From sequence record NC_041911.1: a DNA stretch of 64,000 nt. One strand, 5' to 3'. The position numbers were made by a program, and so were the translations under genes. Below the pieces are notes generated by a model, which had not been told where the DNA came from, searched no databases, and saw only the letters and a program-made list of their open reading frames with translations. Below are positions 25,658 to 36,603 of the stretch, in pieces. How positions within the stretch are numbered: the stretch's first letter is position 1; each line of letters opens with the position of its first letter.

Positions 25658-27019
25658 TTAACTATCAGCCTGATTGGCTTCGTTGGCACAGAAGATGTGC
25701 AGACCCATATTCCGGTTGTACCGACCAGTCACGAGACCCGTACCTTCATAGCCAGTTGCCGACTGCGCACCGATAACAATGCCGTAGACTTGCCGGACCG
25801 TCCCTTCCTTGAAATAGAAGATCTTGGTCTGCATGCCAGGCTTGATCAGCGAAGGATCGGCATTCTGCCAACCCAATTGCAGATGTACGCCTTCCTTAGC
25901 AGCCAACAGACTAGCCTGATACATCGTGTTAGCCGAAATCCGATCAGGCGCCATCTGAACGTTGTTGAACTCCGACTTCTGGGGGCTAGACAGGAATTCG
26001 TTGTTCAACTTACCGCGAGACATCAAAGCCTTGTTGCCTTTGGTTTCAACACCACTCTCAAAGAACTTGCTGGCATCGGCAAAACGAATACCGTTACCAG
26101 TAGTACGTTTCTTGAGATCGCTGTTGTCGTCGAGATGCAAACCACCAGTCGCGATGATGGTAGTGACCGAACCCTCTACGATGTACGTGTTGTCCACCGC
26201 TGGCATCTTGTTTTCAGGCACGACCAAGATCACCAGCTGCCGAGAAGCCTCCTCGAACCGCTTGTAATCGAATGGCGGGAATACGTACCAGTAGTCGTCC
26301 TGATAGTAGTAAGCTAGGCCAGCCGAGTAGACTCCACCACAGTGTTTGTGGATGTAACCCGGCGCATCGTAAGCCATAACGCCATGCGGCAGAACGATAT
26401 GGTCACGGACCTGCTCGTCCTTCGGCTCGACCATATCCACACCCTGCGGCTTATAGTCGTCATCCACATCCACAGCAGCAGACTGTTGCAGCAGAATCGC
26501 ACGAATCAAGTCCCCTACCTTGGTCTTACGATACAGACCGCCAGCACCGCGCATGGAAAACTGCTCCATGGCTTTGGAGAACAGCTGGAACTCGATGATC
26601 TCGAAGTTCTGCGTGTCCATCGTGAACTCACTCAAGAGTTCACGTGCATTGGCCTCCATTGCAGGATCGGTAGCTTCTTTGAGCACAGCGCGGAAACGCT
26701 GCACACCGAAGTTCTGCGCATTCACTTCTTCCAGACCATGCTGCGCAATAGGTGAACCCGAAAGCGTGATCTCCAACTCATTGCGACTCGGAGCGACTCG
26801 GTAGGCGTATTGACCAGCTGGCACTACGCAGGTGATCGACAGCTCATCGTTGTACTGCAACGTGTACTCACGCATCACGTCGTAGTTCAATACCCGGATC
26901 ACGCCAACATCACCGAACTTGGTGTGGATCGTTGCATCGATGTAGAAGTTGGCATGGCCCTGATTTGCATTGACTACCCGCATCACCTCGTCGCCGAGTG
27001 GGGTTTGCATCAGATCCAT
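25658..27019 (-). CDS. Virion structural protein, baseplate-hub-like (phiKZ gp101 position)
   Basis: Position in the phiKZ-like morphogenesis block; hub-like pattern (YYYQDDYWYVFP; W..ADPSLIKPG). Confidence 0.6.
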   Translation of the reverse strand: MDLMQTPLGDEVMRVVNANQGHANFYIDATIHTKFGDVGVIRVLNYDVMREYTLQYNDELSITCVVPAGQYAYRVAPSRNELEITLSGSPIAQHGLEEVNAQNFGVQRFRAVLKEATDPAMEANARELLSEFTMDTQNFEIIEFQLFSKAMEQFSMRGAGGLYRKTKVGDLIRAILLQQSAAVDVDDDYKPQGVDMVEPKDEQVRDHIVLPHGVMAYDAPGYIHKHCGGVYSAGLAYYYQDDYWYVFPPFDYKRFEEASRQLVILVVPENKMPAVDNTYIVEGSVTTIIATGGLHLDDNSDLKKRTTGNGIRFADASKFFESGVETKGNKALMSRGKLNNEFLSSPQKSEFNNVQMAPDRISANTMYQASLLAAKEGVHLQLGWQNADPSLIKPGMQTKIFYFKEGTVRQVYGIVIGAQSATGYEGTGLVTGRYNRNMGLHIFCANEANQADS

Positions 27020-27697
27020 TTACTGCCCCTTTTTGAAGAACTTCGCCAGCGAGTTGCGAGCCGGAGCGTCCGGCGCTTGGTCGCGGCCCGAATAGTCAAC
27101 GAATGTACGTTCTGCATCCGGGTTGTAGCGCGGTGCTGCTTCGACGAAGTCGATATTGCGCAGCTCCGTCATGCCGCGCTCAGCATTCTCGCGACGACGT
27201 TCGTCAATACGAGTCATCGAGTTAAGCATAGCGCGACGACCAATAGCACCACGCGACGAAATACGGAAGTGCTTGTCGACAAAGTTCTTGTCGTAGGCGA
27301 ACTTGGCGTGCTCGTAGATGATGTTGGCAAACTGGTCGAGCACCAACAGGTCTTCGTACGGCGGTTTGGTGGGATGGTAGGAATTCTCGATGTGATTCTT
27401 CCACGCAAAGAGATGGGCAGATATCGCTTCGTAGATCTTAGGTGCATCCGCGCGATTGACCAATGACACGTTGGCACCACCACTCCACAGGTCAGCCATG
27501 CGATGGATCGGGATCGAGATCAAACGCGGCTCCCACTGCATAGCGTGGTCGTGGTGAACGTCACCAGACGTCGGCAGACCCCAGGCCTCCAACTCATCAA
27601 TGTTGAGAGTCTGGATATACGGGACGCGACACTGGTAGCGCACATGCCACAGCGCATAACGGGTGTCGCGATTCTCAGGGCGGATATAGCCGCTCAT
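27020..27697 (-). CDS. Conserved phiKZ-like morphogenesis-block protein
   Basis: GAGG RBS before MSGYIRP (27697); synteny. Confidence 0.6.
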   Translation of the reverse strand: MSGYIRPENRDTRYALWHVRYQCRVPYIQTLNIDELEAWGLPTSGDVHHDHAMQWEPRLISIPIHRMADLWSGGANVSLVNRADAPKIYEAISAHLFAWKNHIENSYHPTKPPYEDLLVLDQFANIIYEHAKFAYDKNFVDKHFRISSRGAIGRRAMLNSMTRIDERRRENAERGMTELRNIDFVEAAPRYNPDAERTFVDYSGRDQAPDAPARNSLAKFFKKGQ

Positions 27698-27747
27698 GTG
27701 TTTCCTCCAAATCAAAAAGGTGCGAGGGGAATCGCACCCCTCTGACA

Positions 27748-29109
27748 TCAGATAGCGCGAATTACCGCCTTGATCAAGATGATCAAGATCGGAACGTAGT
27801 AGAACGAGTTGACGTTGTCCCAGCGATACGAAGCTTCAACCAGCTCACGGATACGAGCATAGTCGATCTCTTTGTCATCCAGGTAATCCTGCACGCACAA
27901 CTCCAGTTTGCTCTGGGCGTCTGGCGTAGAGCGATCGTCGGTATAGAACGCTTTCGAGAAGACGTAGTAACCGTCCTCGAAGGTGTTCTTGATGCCGAAC
28001 ATGGTCGGATCGCCGTCGCTTGCATTCAACAGCGAAGCCATCGACTTACGGTTCGCCACCGGGGTGCGTGTCGGTACAAACTCGCCAGCGATCTTGACGT
28101 TCTGTTCGAACTGGTTATCCACCCGCACCATCGGATCGTTGGGATAGATAACGTGCTCGATACCCGAGTAGCGAATCCCTTCCATCATCGGTTCGTGGGT
28201 GAAACTGCGGGCCGAGACGTAGCCCACAGTCTGGAAGGAGTCGCCGAGCAACATCTTGTTGCGCTCAATGATAGCCGTCCAGATACTGTCGGCCGACATC
28301 ACTTGATCGTCGTCGCAGTTGAGTTGTCGCAGGTTGGTCAGCTCACGCGCATCCCAGGTCGTCAGGTGTTGGAACAATGCCCGCACCAAGAATGCATCGT
28401 AAGTCACGTTCTGCTGATCCGGCATGATGATCGTGGCGTATTCCTTGCTGTAGTAGCGTTTGAAATACTGCGTGATCAATGTACCGTAGTTACGACGCAG
28501 AAACTGCAGGTTCTCGTAGTCATCACTGACCAGGATCGGATTCTGACCATGGTAGATGAAGTCCTTCTCGAAGTAGGTGGTTTGCACCACTTTCTTCGCA
28601 AGGTCATTCAGACGCTCAGGTGTACCGAAGTCAACCAGATCGTAATCGATCGAGTGACAGGTTTCACGGAACACCGCCAGCCGGGTGACGTTGGTGATCT
28701 CGAAGATACCGCGACGACCATCCAGCAGGTCGGCGACGAACATGTCGCCCTTGTTCGGAATCACGAAAGGATAGACCGTAGCCGAACCCTTCAGATCCAT
28801 TTCTGCGGTTTCAGCAGTTTGGCTCGATTGCAGGGCAGTGGTGACGCGCACCTCCATCCCGTTGATCAGCTTGTACTGCTGGAAGACCGGGTCAGTACCC
28901 AATCCTTGGCCCGCCGCGCCAGAATCGCGCGCCAACACTTGACTGAAGTAGTCGACCGTCCAGGCCATGCCTTCGACATGCGAAAGGATCGTTTCCTTCG
29001 GGTCGAAACGCATATCGACCTGAATGCTCTTGTAGTCGGGCTTAGCAACCAACAGATTCGGCTTAGGCGGAAGCTGGGGCGTACTCGGCCGCGCTTGAAT
29101 AATTGGCAT
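27748..29109 (-). CDS. Virion structural protein, possibly neck/head-completion (T4 gp14-like N-terminus)
   Basis: IPNKGDMFVADLLDGRRGIFEITNV resembles the gp14 P..GD.I.....FEI..V pattern; synteny. Confidence 0.55.
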   Translation of the reverse strand: MPIIQARPSTPQLPPKPNLLVAKPDYKSIQVDMRFDPKETILSHVEGMAWTVDYFSQVLARDSGAAGQGLGTDPVFQQYKLINGMEVRVTTALQSSQTAETAEMDLKGSATVYPFVIPNKGDMFVADLLDGRRGIFEITNVTRLAVFRETCHSIDYDLVDFGTPERLNDLAKKVVQTTYFEKDFIYHGQNPILVSDDYENLQFLRRNYGTLITQYFKRYYSKEYATIIMPDQQNVTYDAFLVRALFQHLTTWDARELTNLRQLNCDDDQVMSADSIWTAIIERNKMLLGDSFQTVGYVSARSFTHEPMMEGIRYSGIEHVIYPNDPMVRVDNQFEQNVKIAGEFVPTRTPVANRKSMASLLNASDGDPTMFGIKNTFEDGYYVFSKAFYTDDRSTPDAQSKLELCVQDYLDDKEIDYARIRELVEASYRWDNVNSFYYVPILIILIKAVIRAI

Positions 29110-29118
29110 GATTACTCC

Positions 29119-30702
29119 TTAGTTATCCATTCTGTTTTTGTCGTGCGTCTCGATGAAGAGAATCATCACAGTGTTCCATTGCACGGTGGCATGGTCTGAC
29201 AGGTGACCCGTGCAGGACGTACTGGTGCACTGACGCAAAGCCGTAAAGAACTTCTCGCCTTCGATACGGGAGATATAGTTGCTGTTACCCAGCACTTGGG
29301 GCAACTGCTTGTTCTTGACGACGTCCGGACACACTGCGGCTCCGATCAGGATCAGACCATCTGCATTGTTCCTAGCGCGATCCCTAGCGCCTTGTGACAG
29401 CTGGAATGGGTCCATCAACAGACTGAGTCGTACGTAATACGTACGGCGCAGATCCGGATCAAAGTTGAGCACCACGTTCAGGTCTTGATCGACGTAGAAC
29501 ATCGACTGATGCAGTGGCATATGCCCATCATAGACCGTTAAGTTGACCAGCGACTCGCCGTACTTAGGCAAGTAGTTGTGATCATACTTCAAATGGTCGA
29601 TGAACTCCTTCCGGAACTCCCAGTTTTCATCGATCTCATTGAAGTTCATGATCGTACGATTCGTCGAACCATCCGGGTTCACTGCAATGCCGATCAGTGC
29701 AGAAAGCACTTGCAGTGTGTAACGTGGCGCCGAGCGCGGATAGAACTCATGGAACTCCGGCAAGCGGATACCGCTACGAATCGTGGGCTTGGCAAGCTGA
29801 TCCACTTCAAATGCACCCAGCGCTACGCTAGAACGCGAACCACGCGATTCAAACGTCTGGATGTCGTCCTTCGGCTGGAACATCAGGTACTGCTGGTCGA
29901 TCAGCTGGTTGTGCACCAGCACCGGGTAATCGGCTGAGGTGGCAATCGGGCAATCGTAATAGATACGATAGCTGAAAGTCTGGCGCCACGCGGCGGTGTC
30001 ACCTTGCTTTTGCGGTTCATCAGGAAGCTCTTGGAAATCAAACTGACCCATGATGCGGCCTTGCTGTTCAGCAATTGCCCAGCGCTCGTTCCCCTTCTGG
30101 TCACCCATGTTCGTAATTTTGGTAACGTTTTGGGTGAAGTGGTTTGAGAGGTAAGTTTCCAGATCATCGCCGTAGCCTGCTTGGGCTTCGCGCAATGTCC
30201 AGATATGTTCCAGCAACGGCATGAACTCCTTCGGGATCAGATAGGAGTAATTGATGACGTGGGTGCGGATATCGCGGTTGGTCGATACCCTGGCACGAAT
30301 TTCGTCACGCCAGCGGCGAGCATTGTTGACGTCCGTCGAGCGGTATTCGAATTCCAGCGTCAGAATGGTGGGAGAATACACCGGACGAAGAAACACCCCG
30401 ATAGCCTGGTCGAAGAAGAACTCAGGGTATTCCGTTTGATGCACCGCGGTCGACAGCAGGCGGTCAGTCTGGTGTTCTTCCCGGACATTGACACGCCACA
30501 GCTCACGCGAAGCGGTATTGTTGAAAGCCGGAGCACCGTCGATATCGGAGCCCGGTTGGATGGCGGCTTCGGCGTCGCCATTAAAAAGGATGGTCATCGC
30601 GCTCAGACCAGTCCATTCTTGGATCTGCCGAGTGATGTCAAACACCACCGGCCGGGTCACAGATTCCCGAATCCCGTCGTTGGTATGCAGTACCTTTGGC
30701 AT
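29119..30702 (-). CDS. Virion structural protein (phiKZ gp98 position)
   Basis: 527-aa ORF in the structural block; RBS present. Confidence 0.6.
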   Translation of the reverse strand: MPKVLHTNDGIRESVTRPVVFDITRQIQEWTGLSAMTILFNGDAEAAIQPGSDIDGAPAFNNTASRELWRVNVREEHQTDRLLSTAVHQTEYPEFFFDQAIGVFLRPVYSPTILTLEFEYRSTDVNNARRWRDEIRARVSTNRDIRTHVINYSYLIPKEFMPLLEHIWTLREAQAGYGDDLETYLSNHFTQNVTKITNMGDQKGNERWAIAEQQGRIMGQFDFQELPDEPQKQGDTAAWRQTFSYRIYYDCPIATSADYPVLVHNQLIDQQYLMFQPKDDIQTFESRGSRSSVALGAFEVDQLAKPTIRSGIRLPEFHEFYPRSAPRYTLQVLSALIGIAVNPDGSTNRTIMNFNEIDENWEFRKEFIDHLKYDHNYLPKYGESLVNLTVYDGHMPLHQSMFYVDQDLNVVLNFDPDLRRTYYVRLSLLMDPFQLSQGARDRARNNADGLILIGAAVCPDVVKNKQLPQVLGNSNYISRIEGEKFFTALRQCTSTSCTGHLSDHATVQWNTVMILFIETHDKNRMDN

Positions 30703-30836
30703 GATTGGCTCGTGAAGTATGGATAGGAAACGTCTTTTTCAGACTCACAACAATTTGCGGACATAAACGCCCCTCCAACAGCGCTTAAACGGCCCTAGAA
30801 CCGTTTAAGACGCTCTGGAGAGGGATTATGTCGTCA

Positions 30837-32393
30837 TTATGACGGAAAGCGCTGTAGAGCCTGCAAAGCCGTCTTGGTGATGACGTAGCTTTCCAGTGCC
30901 GGATTACTCATCTCAGTGTTCTGCTTGATGAAGAACCGGTTGGTGGCTGCTCGATCCTTGGGATCTTCCAGTACCGACAGCTCAACCAGCGACACCACCA
31001 CCATTGCGCAACGCACGTACATCCACGCCATATGTGCATACGGCTGCTGGATCGACGCGATTACGGCATTGGCGATCTTGAAGTATTCCGCCGCAAAGCT
31101 CAGGAACTGCGGCTCTGCGTTGGATTGCGCTTGTTTGTTCAGGACATCCATAGCTTTCTGGAAATCCTTGGCAAACGAGTCGTTCTTCTTGGCCAGTGCT
31201 TCGAAGCCCTTCAGATCATGCAGGACGTTGACCACTTGATCAACCATCTTGAGCAGTTCGTCGACGTTCGGTACATTCATAGACGTTTGTGCCACTACGC
31301 CCGCCTTCTTGTCGAAGACCAGGGAAGCACCGTAATGCCTGATGCCTGCCGTGATCTTCTGCGGATCGTTGCCACCGTTGTTCTTGGGAGCATGCGCTAC
31401 CAGATAGCGGTTATCCAGCAACGAGGCCAGACACACGAACTTGCGATCCGGGAAGGCATTGAGCGCGGATTGCGGAGTCTGACCCGGTTGAGTCGTGATC
31501 TCCGCTTCCTTCCAGGTCTGCAGCCAGTGACGCTCGATGGAGTCGCGCAGCTCAACCAGTTGCTCAGCATCCGGTTTTTTGGTTGCTTGCAGCATTTGCA
31601 TGCTGCCCAGCAGCTTTTCCATCACCACTGTACTGTAGCTATCCGCAGCACGCAGGACATGACGGGTTGCGTCATTCTGCACCGTCATAACGTCTTCGAA
31701 CGCGCTCCAGCCACTGATGGGCTTACCGTCGACTTGGAAGAAGCGCGAGTAAGCACCGTAGTCGAAGACATCCGACAACGGGAACTCACGTTTCTCCAAC
31801 AACGGACGCAGTTCCAGCAATCGAGCACGGAGTTTCTCCGACATCTCAACGTAGTGGTTCAGCGCCTTAGCGGTAAGCTTGAACTGGATCGGAATCTCGC
31901 GACCAAAACCTTGCACGATCTTCCGGAACAGACCAGCCGTAATCTCGGCAAAGCCTTCGTTGCTTGGGACAACGATTCCGCTTACTTCAACAGCACCCAT
32001 CACACCGGGACCGTATTGATCCCACAGATCGGTCGGCCCGCCCACCAATACAGCAGTGCTTCCAGCCCCAGCATTCAGCGGCCTAGTCAGCGTGTAAGGT
32101 GAGTCGCCCTCCGGATGGAGTTTGCCATCGTTATCCACGTAGGCTTCCACTGCGGCTTTGTCAGCCACGGCCAACACCTCGCCGTTTTTGTGGGCACTTG
32201 CTAGCGTCTTGAAGTCATTCACACGCTGTTGCTGGTGCTCGTTCAGCTTGACCGCTGGCTCGTCAGCAACCACAGCCTGAGCCAGCGCCTCCAAGGAACC
32301 TTGGAGTTCATCGATCTGCCGGGATTGCTCTTGCAGACCTTCGTCCAGCAATTCCCCGCTCTCGATGTTATTCTGCAGTTCGGTTTCGTTCAT
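30837..32393 (-). CDS. Internal head protein (paralog family)
   Basis: Acidic N-terminal propeptide with SLE and NEG A/S-x-E-type sites; helical mature domain. Confidence 0.7.
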   Translation of the reverse strand: MNETELQNNIESGELLDEGLQEQSRQIDELQGSLEALAQAVVADEPAVKLNEHQQQRVNDFKTLASAHKNGEVLAVADKAAVEAYVDNDGKLHPEGDSPYTLTRPLNAGAGSTAVLVGGPTDLWDQYGPGVMGAVEVSGIVVPSNEGFAEITAGLFRKIVQGFGREIPIQFKLTAKALNHYVEMSEKLRARLLELRPLLEKREFPLSDVFDYGAYSRFFQVDGKPISGWSAFEDVMTVQNDATRHVLRAADSYSTVVMEKLLGSMQMLQATKKPDAEQLVELRDSIERHWLQTWKEAEITTQPGQTPQSALNAFPDRKFVCLASLLDNRYLVAHAPKNNGGNDPQKITAGIRHYGASLVFDKKAGVVAQTSMNVPNVDELLKMVDQVVNVLHDLKGFEALAKKNDSFAKDFQKAMDVLNKQAQSNAEPQFLSFAAEYFKIANAVIASIQQPYAHMAWMYVRCAMVVVSLVELSVLEDPKDRAATNRFFIKQNTEMSNPALESYVITKTALQALQRFPS

Positions 32394-32394
32394 C

Positions 32395-33594
32395 TCACTT
32401 CCCTACGTTTTCGTAACGTTCAATCGACTGCGAGCACCAGCGCAGCAGTGCTTGCATCGTACGCATGATAAAGCGCAGGTGAACGATGTAGCTGTTTTGG
32501 CCGATTGCCGTGATATTCCGCAGCGCCACGACCGAACTCTGATCCGGGTCCTTCGACTTGACGAAAGCAGCTTCACGCAGGATCTTGCGCATCAGCTCTT
32601 CATCACGCGAGAAGCGTACGACGTTCTCACACACCTTCAACGCAGTACGGCACACGCGACGGATTTCATCCGGTGTCAGTACCGGGAAGAATGCCACACG
32701 CAGCGGAACTTCGGAATCACGGCGAATGTTGCAGTGATAAGTGAAAGTACCGTTCTCACGCACTTCCTTACCAATCACGCCTGTGATGTAGTTCTGGCCG
32801 AACAGTGCTTCACTGGCGTAGAAGTCCAGCGAATCGTTCTTTTTCTCGGTAAAGACGGAGAGCGTGTTCGGATCGATTGGCTTCAAGGATTCCTTGATAC
32901 CGGCTTCGAGCTTGTCGCGCAGGATATCGGCTTCCTTTTTGACCCGGTCGTATTCCTTGGCGCGAGCCGCACCCACCAGTCGCACCACTTCCGCTACAGC
33001 CGAGAAACGATACTGTTGCTCAAACGTATCAGCCAGACGGTCAAACAGCTCTGGCGTCTTCTGCGGTGCAATGCCGTCGATGTTGAGCGCTACCATAATG
33101 GAGCGATCTTTGATGTTGAGCTGAGCGGCGATGGAAGACGACAGCGAATCAGCTCGACCGATGTAGTTCTTGATCGGCAGGATCAGCTTGCGCGCAGTGA
33201 TCTTCTGGTTGGCGAAGAAGTCGAAGAGCGTCTTGAAGATACGCTCCACCAAAGCGTACAGGTAGAGGATCACTTTCTTCAGTCGGCTATGCTTGACCTT
33301 GTCTTCTTCTTCTTCCTCATCGGCGCTCTCCAGAGCAGCCGTCGGGATGTTGAAGCGATCGATGTAGTTCTCCACCGCGACTTCCAGCTTTTGGAGATCG
33401 ATCGCAGTAGGGTCAAAAGGATCAATGCCGTTAGCAGTTTCCTCCAGACTCTGAGCTGCGTCGAGCGCCTCATTAGCGTACGCGATGGCTTCTTCTACTT
33501 CTTGGGGGTTGACGATCGGATGGTCTTCTTGGAGAGCAGTCCTGAACCCGTCCTGCGTACCGCCCATGCTAGAACCTCCAGCAAAAATTTGCAT
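32395..33594 (-). CDS. Internal head protein (paralog family)
   Basis: Acidic N-terminus with SLEE and AALES; LYLYALVERIFKTLFDFF helix shared with its paralogs. Confidence 0.75.
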   Translation of the reverse strand: MQIFAGGSSMGGTQDGFRTALQEDHPIVNPQEVEEAIAYANEALDAAQSLEETANGIDPFDPTAIDLQKLEVAVENYIDRFNIPTAALESADEEEEEDKVKHSRLKKVILYLYALVERIFKTLFDFFANQKITARKLILPIKNYIGRADSLSSSIAAQLNIKDRSIMVALNIDGIAPQKTPELFDRLADTFEQQYRFSAVAEVVRLVGAARAKEYDRVKKEADILRDKLEAGIKESLKPIDPNTLSVFTEKKNDSLDFYASEALFGQNYITGVIGKEVRENGTFTYHCNIRRDSEVPLRVAFFPVLTPDEIRRVCRTALKVCENVVRFSRDEELMRKILREAAFVKSKDPDQSSVVALRNITAIGQNSYIVHLRFIMRTMQALLRWCSQSIERYENVGK

Positions 33595-33621
33595 GATGAG
33601 TATCTCTTTATAAAAGACAAA

Positions 33622-33665
33622 AGGGAGTAAGGGAGCCGAAGCCCCCTTACTCTCTCGTTATGCCG
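33622..33665. terminator. Hairpin terminator with TTATGCCG tail
   Basis: AGGGAGTAAGGGAGC-CGAA-GCCCCCTTACTCTCT-CG-TTATGCCG. Confidence 0.7.
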
Positions 33666-33680
33666 TCAGGACAGAATTGC

Positions 33681-34982
33681 TTACCGTGCCTTCGAAACCG
33701 CGATCGACTTCTGGACGTAACGCACGTAGTTGGTCGAGTTCTGCAGATTCAGACGCAGCAGTTGCGGGATCACCGCAGTCGCTACCGTCGTCAGAACCTT
33801 CAGATATACCGCCGCGTACTTCGAAGCAGCTTCACCTTCAGCAACCTTGGCAAAACCTTCGATCTTCTGCAGACGATCTTCCAGTGCCTTCTGGTCATCG
33901 GCCCAACGGACGATCAGATCCAGCATGTTCTTTGCCAGATGCGGATCGGCCACCACGATGGTGTCGTCGTCAACGATTTCCGGCTGCTTCGGAGACAGCC
34001 CTGCTTTCAGATACGACTTCTCGCTGATCGGAGCGGAGTACGCCAGATACAGACGCACACCGCCGATCATCGGCTCAGTCAGACTGACGCGCAGCTGCTG
34101 GCCTTCCGGCAGTTCCGGTTTTTCAGCCAAATCGCTAGCGACTCCGGGCTCGTCGAAGACGTGCTGCTGCAGACCCTTCAGAACCTTTGCGGTGTTCTCG
34201 AAGATGGCCAGCTGATCGCTGTTCGAACCCTTCTGAGACAGTTCGTTCAGGCTCGAAACGAACGCATCATTGAAGAAGCCGTACAGGGTCTTCGTAGCCA
34301 GAGCACCGTAGGCTTTGAATTGCTGATTAGCATCGCCGCGGTCAGCAACCAAGCGCAGGGACTTGATGAACTTCTCGTCTTCGATAACGAGGCCGGAGTT
34401 GATGGAACCGACTTGCGGGATCAACTTCTTGGCCTCTTCGGCGACGTTCATGGAACGGGACAGGATCTTGCGAATCAAGCCGACGATCCAGGCAACGATG
34501 CGCTTAGCGGCAGCAGCCAGTCGAGCCAAGATTTCCTTGGACTTGGACTTGGCTGCATCACCAACAGCTTCGGTTTGTTCAGCAGCGGAAGCATCAGCGG
34601 CGCCGTCCTCCAAAGCCGAGACCGGATTGGGAATCTTCGCACGTGCGCAGATCTGCTCCAGACCAAAAGCCAGCGATGCTACGCTAGCCTTGTTGGCCTG
34701 ACCTGACTTAACGGTCATCTCGCAGATGTGAGCCAGCTCTTCGAGCGCAGCAACGGCTTTGTTGGCTTCCGCCAAATCGCCCTGCATCTCATCGCCAGCT
34801 TCAGCGATCGCGTCGGTATCGTTCTCGAAGCACTCATCGCGCAGTTCTGCATTCTCGGCATCCATCGTTGCGTTCTGCTGTTGCAGTTCAGCAACGCTGT
34901 CTTGCGGAGTAATGCTGGTCTCCGTTACCGCACCCGTCTCCAATCCTTCGAGTGCGGCAGAGATGTAAAGATTACGTTTCAT
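33681..34982 (-). CDS. Internal head protein (phiKZ gp93-97-like paralog family)
   Basis: MKRNLYISAALE N-terminus; ALEE and SALED sites; AAAAKRIVAWIVGLIRKIL amphipathic helix. Confidence 0.8.
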   Translation of the reverse strand: MKRNLYISAALEGLETGAVTETSITPQDSVAELQQQNATMDAENAELRDECFENDTDAIAEAGDEMQGDLAEANKAVAALEELAHICEMTVKSGQANKASVASLAFGLEQICARAKIPNPVSALEDGAADASAAEQTEAVGDAAKSKSKEILARLAAAAKRIVAWIVGLIRKILSRSMNVAEEAKKLIPQVGSINSGLVIEDEKFIKSLRLVADRGDANQQFKAYGALATKTLYGFFNDAFVSSLNELSQKGSNSDQLAIFENTAKVLKGLQQHVFDEPGVASDLAEKPELPEGQQLRVSLTEPMIGGVRLYLAYSAPISEKSYLKAGLSPKQPEIVDDDTIVVADPHLAKNMLDLIVRWADDQKALEDRLQKIEGFAKVAEGEAASKYAAVYLKVLTTVATAVIPQLLRLNLQNSTNYVRYVQKSIAVSKAR

Positions 34983-34991
34983 GGTGATCCT

Positions 34992-36431
34992 TTATTTCTC
35001 GGCCTTGTCCACAGCCTTGGACACTGCGATGGACTTCTCGACGTAAGCGTTGATACGCTTCGCATTCATCATGCAAAGGTTCAGCACATGCGGCAGCGTG
35101 TTGGCAGCCAGGCCGGAGAACATGGAGAGGAACACGTGGTTGTACGTGGTCGACCATTGACCACTCCAGTGACGCTCCGTGACACCTTGGCCCAGACGCT
35201 CCAGACGACTCAGGCTCTTCTGCACCGAACGGAACTCGGACATCCAGCGCTCTACCGATTGCAGCAGTTTGTCAGCATCCTTAGCCGACAGCACCGGGAT
35301 CGATTCAGGCGCACGCAGCTTCGGATCGGATGCGCGACCGATCTTCAGCATGATTTCCTTGGCATCGGACGGGTTCTGGCGCCAGGCCATATACAGCTGA
35401 ACACCACCCACGAGTTGCGGCGTAGCCCACACGTCGATGTCATTGCCTTTCGGAGCACCGTCGATCGAACCGGAGCGCGGTTCGAACGGGAACAGGTCTT
35501 CTTGCGCTGCTTTCACAACCGGCAGAATCACACGATCCCACGGAGCACTGACTTGCTTGGTGTCGCGCAGTTCTTCGAACATATCTTCCATCAGCTTGCT
35601 GAAATCAGCATCGAAGAAGTTGAGCGCGTTCTGAGCAAAGACGTGGAAGTTGTAGTAGTATTCCGCCACCGAGTCATTACCTTCGGGGATGCGGAGCGAC
35701 TTGATGAAGCCCTGGTCGGTGATTTCCTTGCTGTCGTCGATCTGCGACAAGCTCGCGCGCAGTTCTTTGGCCTTCTCCGCCACCTTTCCGGTGTTGGTGA
35801 AGAGATTGCGGAAGAACGACATCACTGCTTGGATGATGCGCTTGATACCTTCCACCAGCTTCTTGCCGATGTTGGCGGCCAGGGTCTTGGCTTTTTCGCC
35901 GATGGAAGCAGCTTGTTCTTCCGGCTCACCACCTTCAGCTTCCAGAGCCGGCAGCAGGCTCTTGACGCCGATGCGATCGGTAATCTGTTCCAGACCGAAA
36001 GCGAGGCCAGCCACGCTGGCGCGGTTGGCCTGACCCGACTTGACGGTCAGTTCAGCCAGGTGGGCCAGCTCTTCAAGAGCAGCGCCAGCAGCCACTGCTT
36101 CGTTCAGGTCTTCCTGCACGGAGTCCGATGCGGACTCGATAACGTCAGCATCGTTGTCGAAGCACTCGTTTTGCAGCTCTGCGTTTTCGGTAGCGAGCTG
36201 GGTGTTCTGTTCCATCAGCTCGGCAACGGCATCGGTGCTGGAGTCCATGTTGACTTCAGTCACTTCACCTGCGGCCTGGGCAGCTTGTTGCTGTTGTTCG
36301 GTAACGCCAGCGGCAGTGACACCATCGGTAGACTGAGCACCAGCTTCGCCACCGCCATTCTCACCACCAGTGGCCGCTTGTTCTTGCTGCAGCTCTTCGA
36401 GAGCTGCCACGATAAAGGGATTGCGTTTCAT
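34992..36431 (-). CDS. Internal head protein (paralog family)
   Basis: MKRNPFIVAALEE; propeptide closely similar to that of 33681-34982 (AALEELAH..E.TVKSGQAN.ASVA.LAFGLEQI). Confidence 0.8.
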   Translation of the reverse strand: MKRNPFIVAALEELQQEQAATGGENGGGEAGAQSTDGVTAAGVTEQQQQAAQAAGEVTEVNMDSSTDAVAELMEQNTQLATENAELQNECFDNDADVIESASDSVQEDLNEAVAAGAALEELAHLAELTVKSGQANRASVAGLAFGLEQITDRIGVKSLLPALEAEGGEPEEQAASIGEKAKTLAANIGKKLVEGIKRIIQAVMSFFRNLFTNTGKVAEKAKELRASLSQIDDSKEITDQGFIKSLRIPEGNDSVAEYYYNFHVFAQNALNFFDADFSKLMEDMFEELRDTKQVSAPWDRVILPVVKAAQEDLFPFEPRSGSIDGAPKGNDIDVWATPQLVGGVQLYMAWRQNPSDAKEIMLKIGRASDPKLRAPESIPVLSAKDADKLLQSVERWMSEFRSVQKSLSRLERLGQGVTERHWSGQWSTTYNHVFLSMFSGLAANTLPHVLNLCMMNAKRINAYVEKSIAVSKAVDKAEK

Positions 36432-36603
36432 GATGTTTGGTCCGACTATAGGTTATCAAAAAGAGGAAGCCGTAAACCGCTAGCGCTTACGGTAATTTTG
36501 ACCTCGATCACAATATAGCCAGCATAGAAGGCAATAGGCACGGGTGTGCCTATTGCCCCTATGTTTGGTTACACGGAGTCGAGAAGACGCCTATGTCGGC
36601 CGC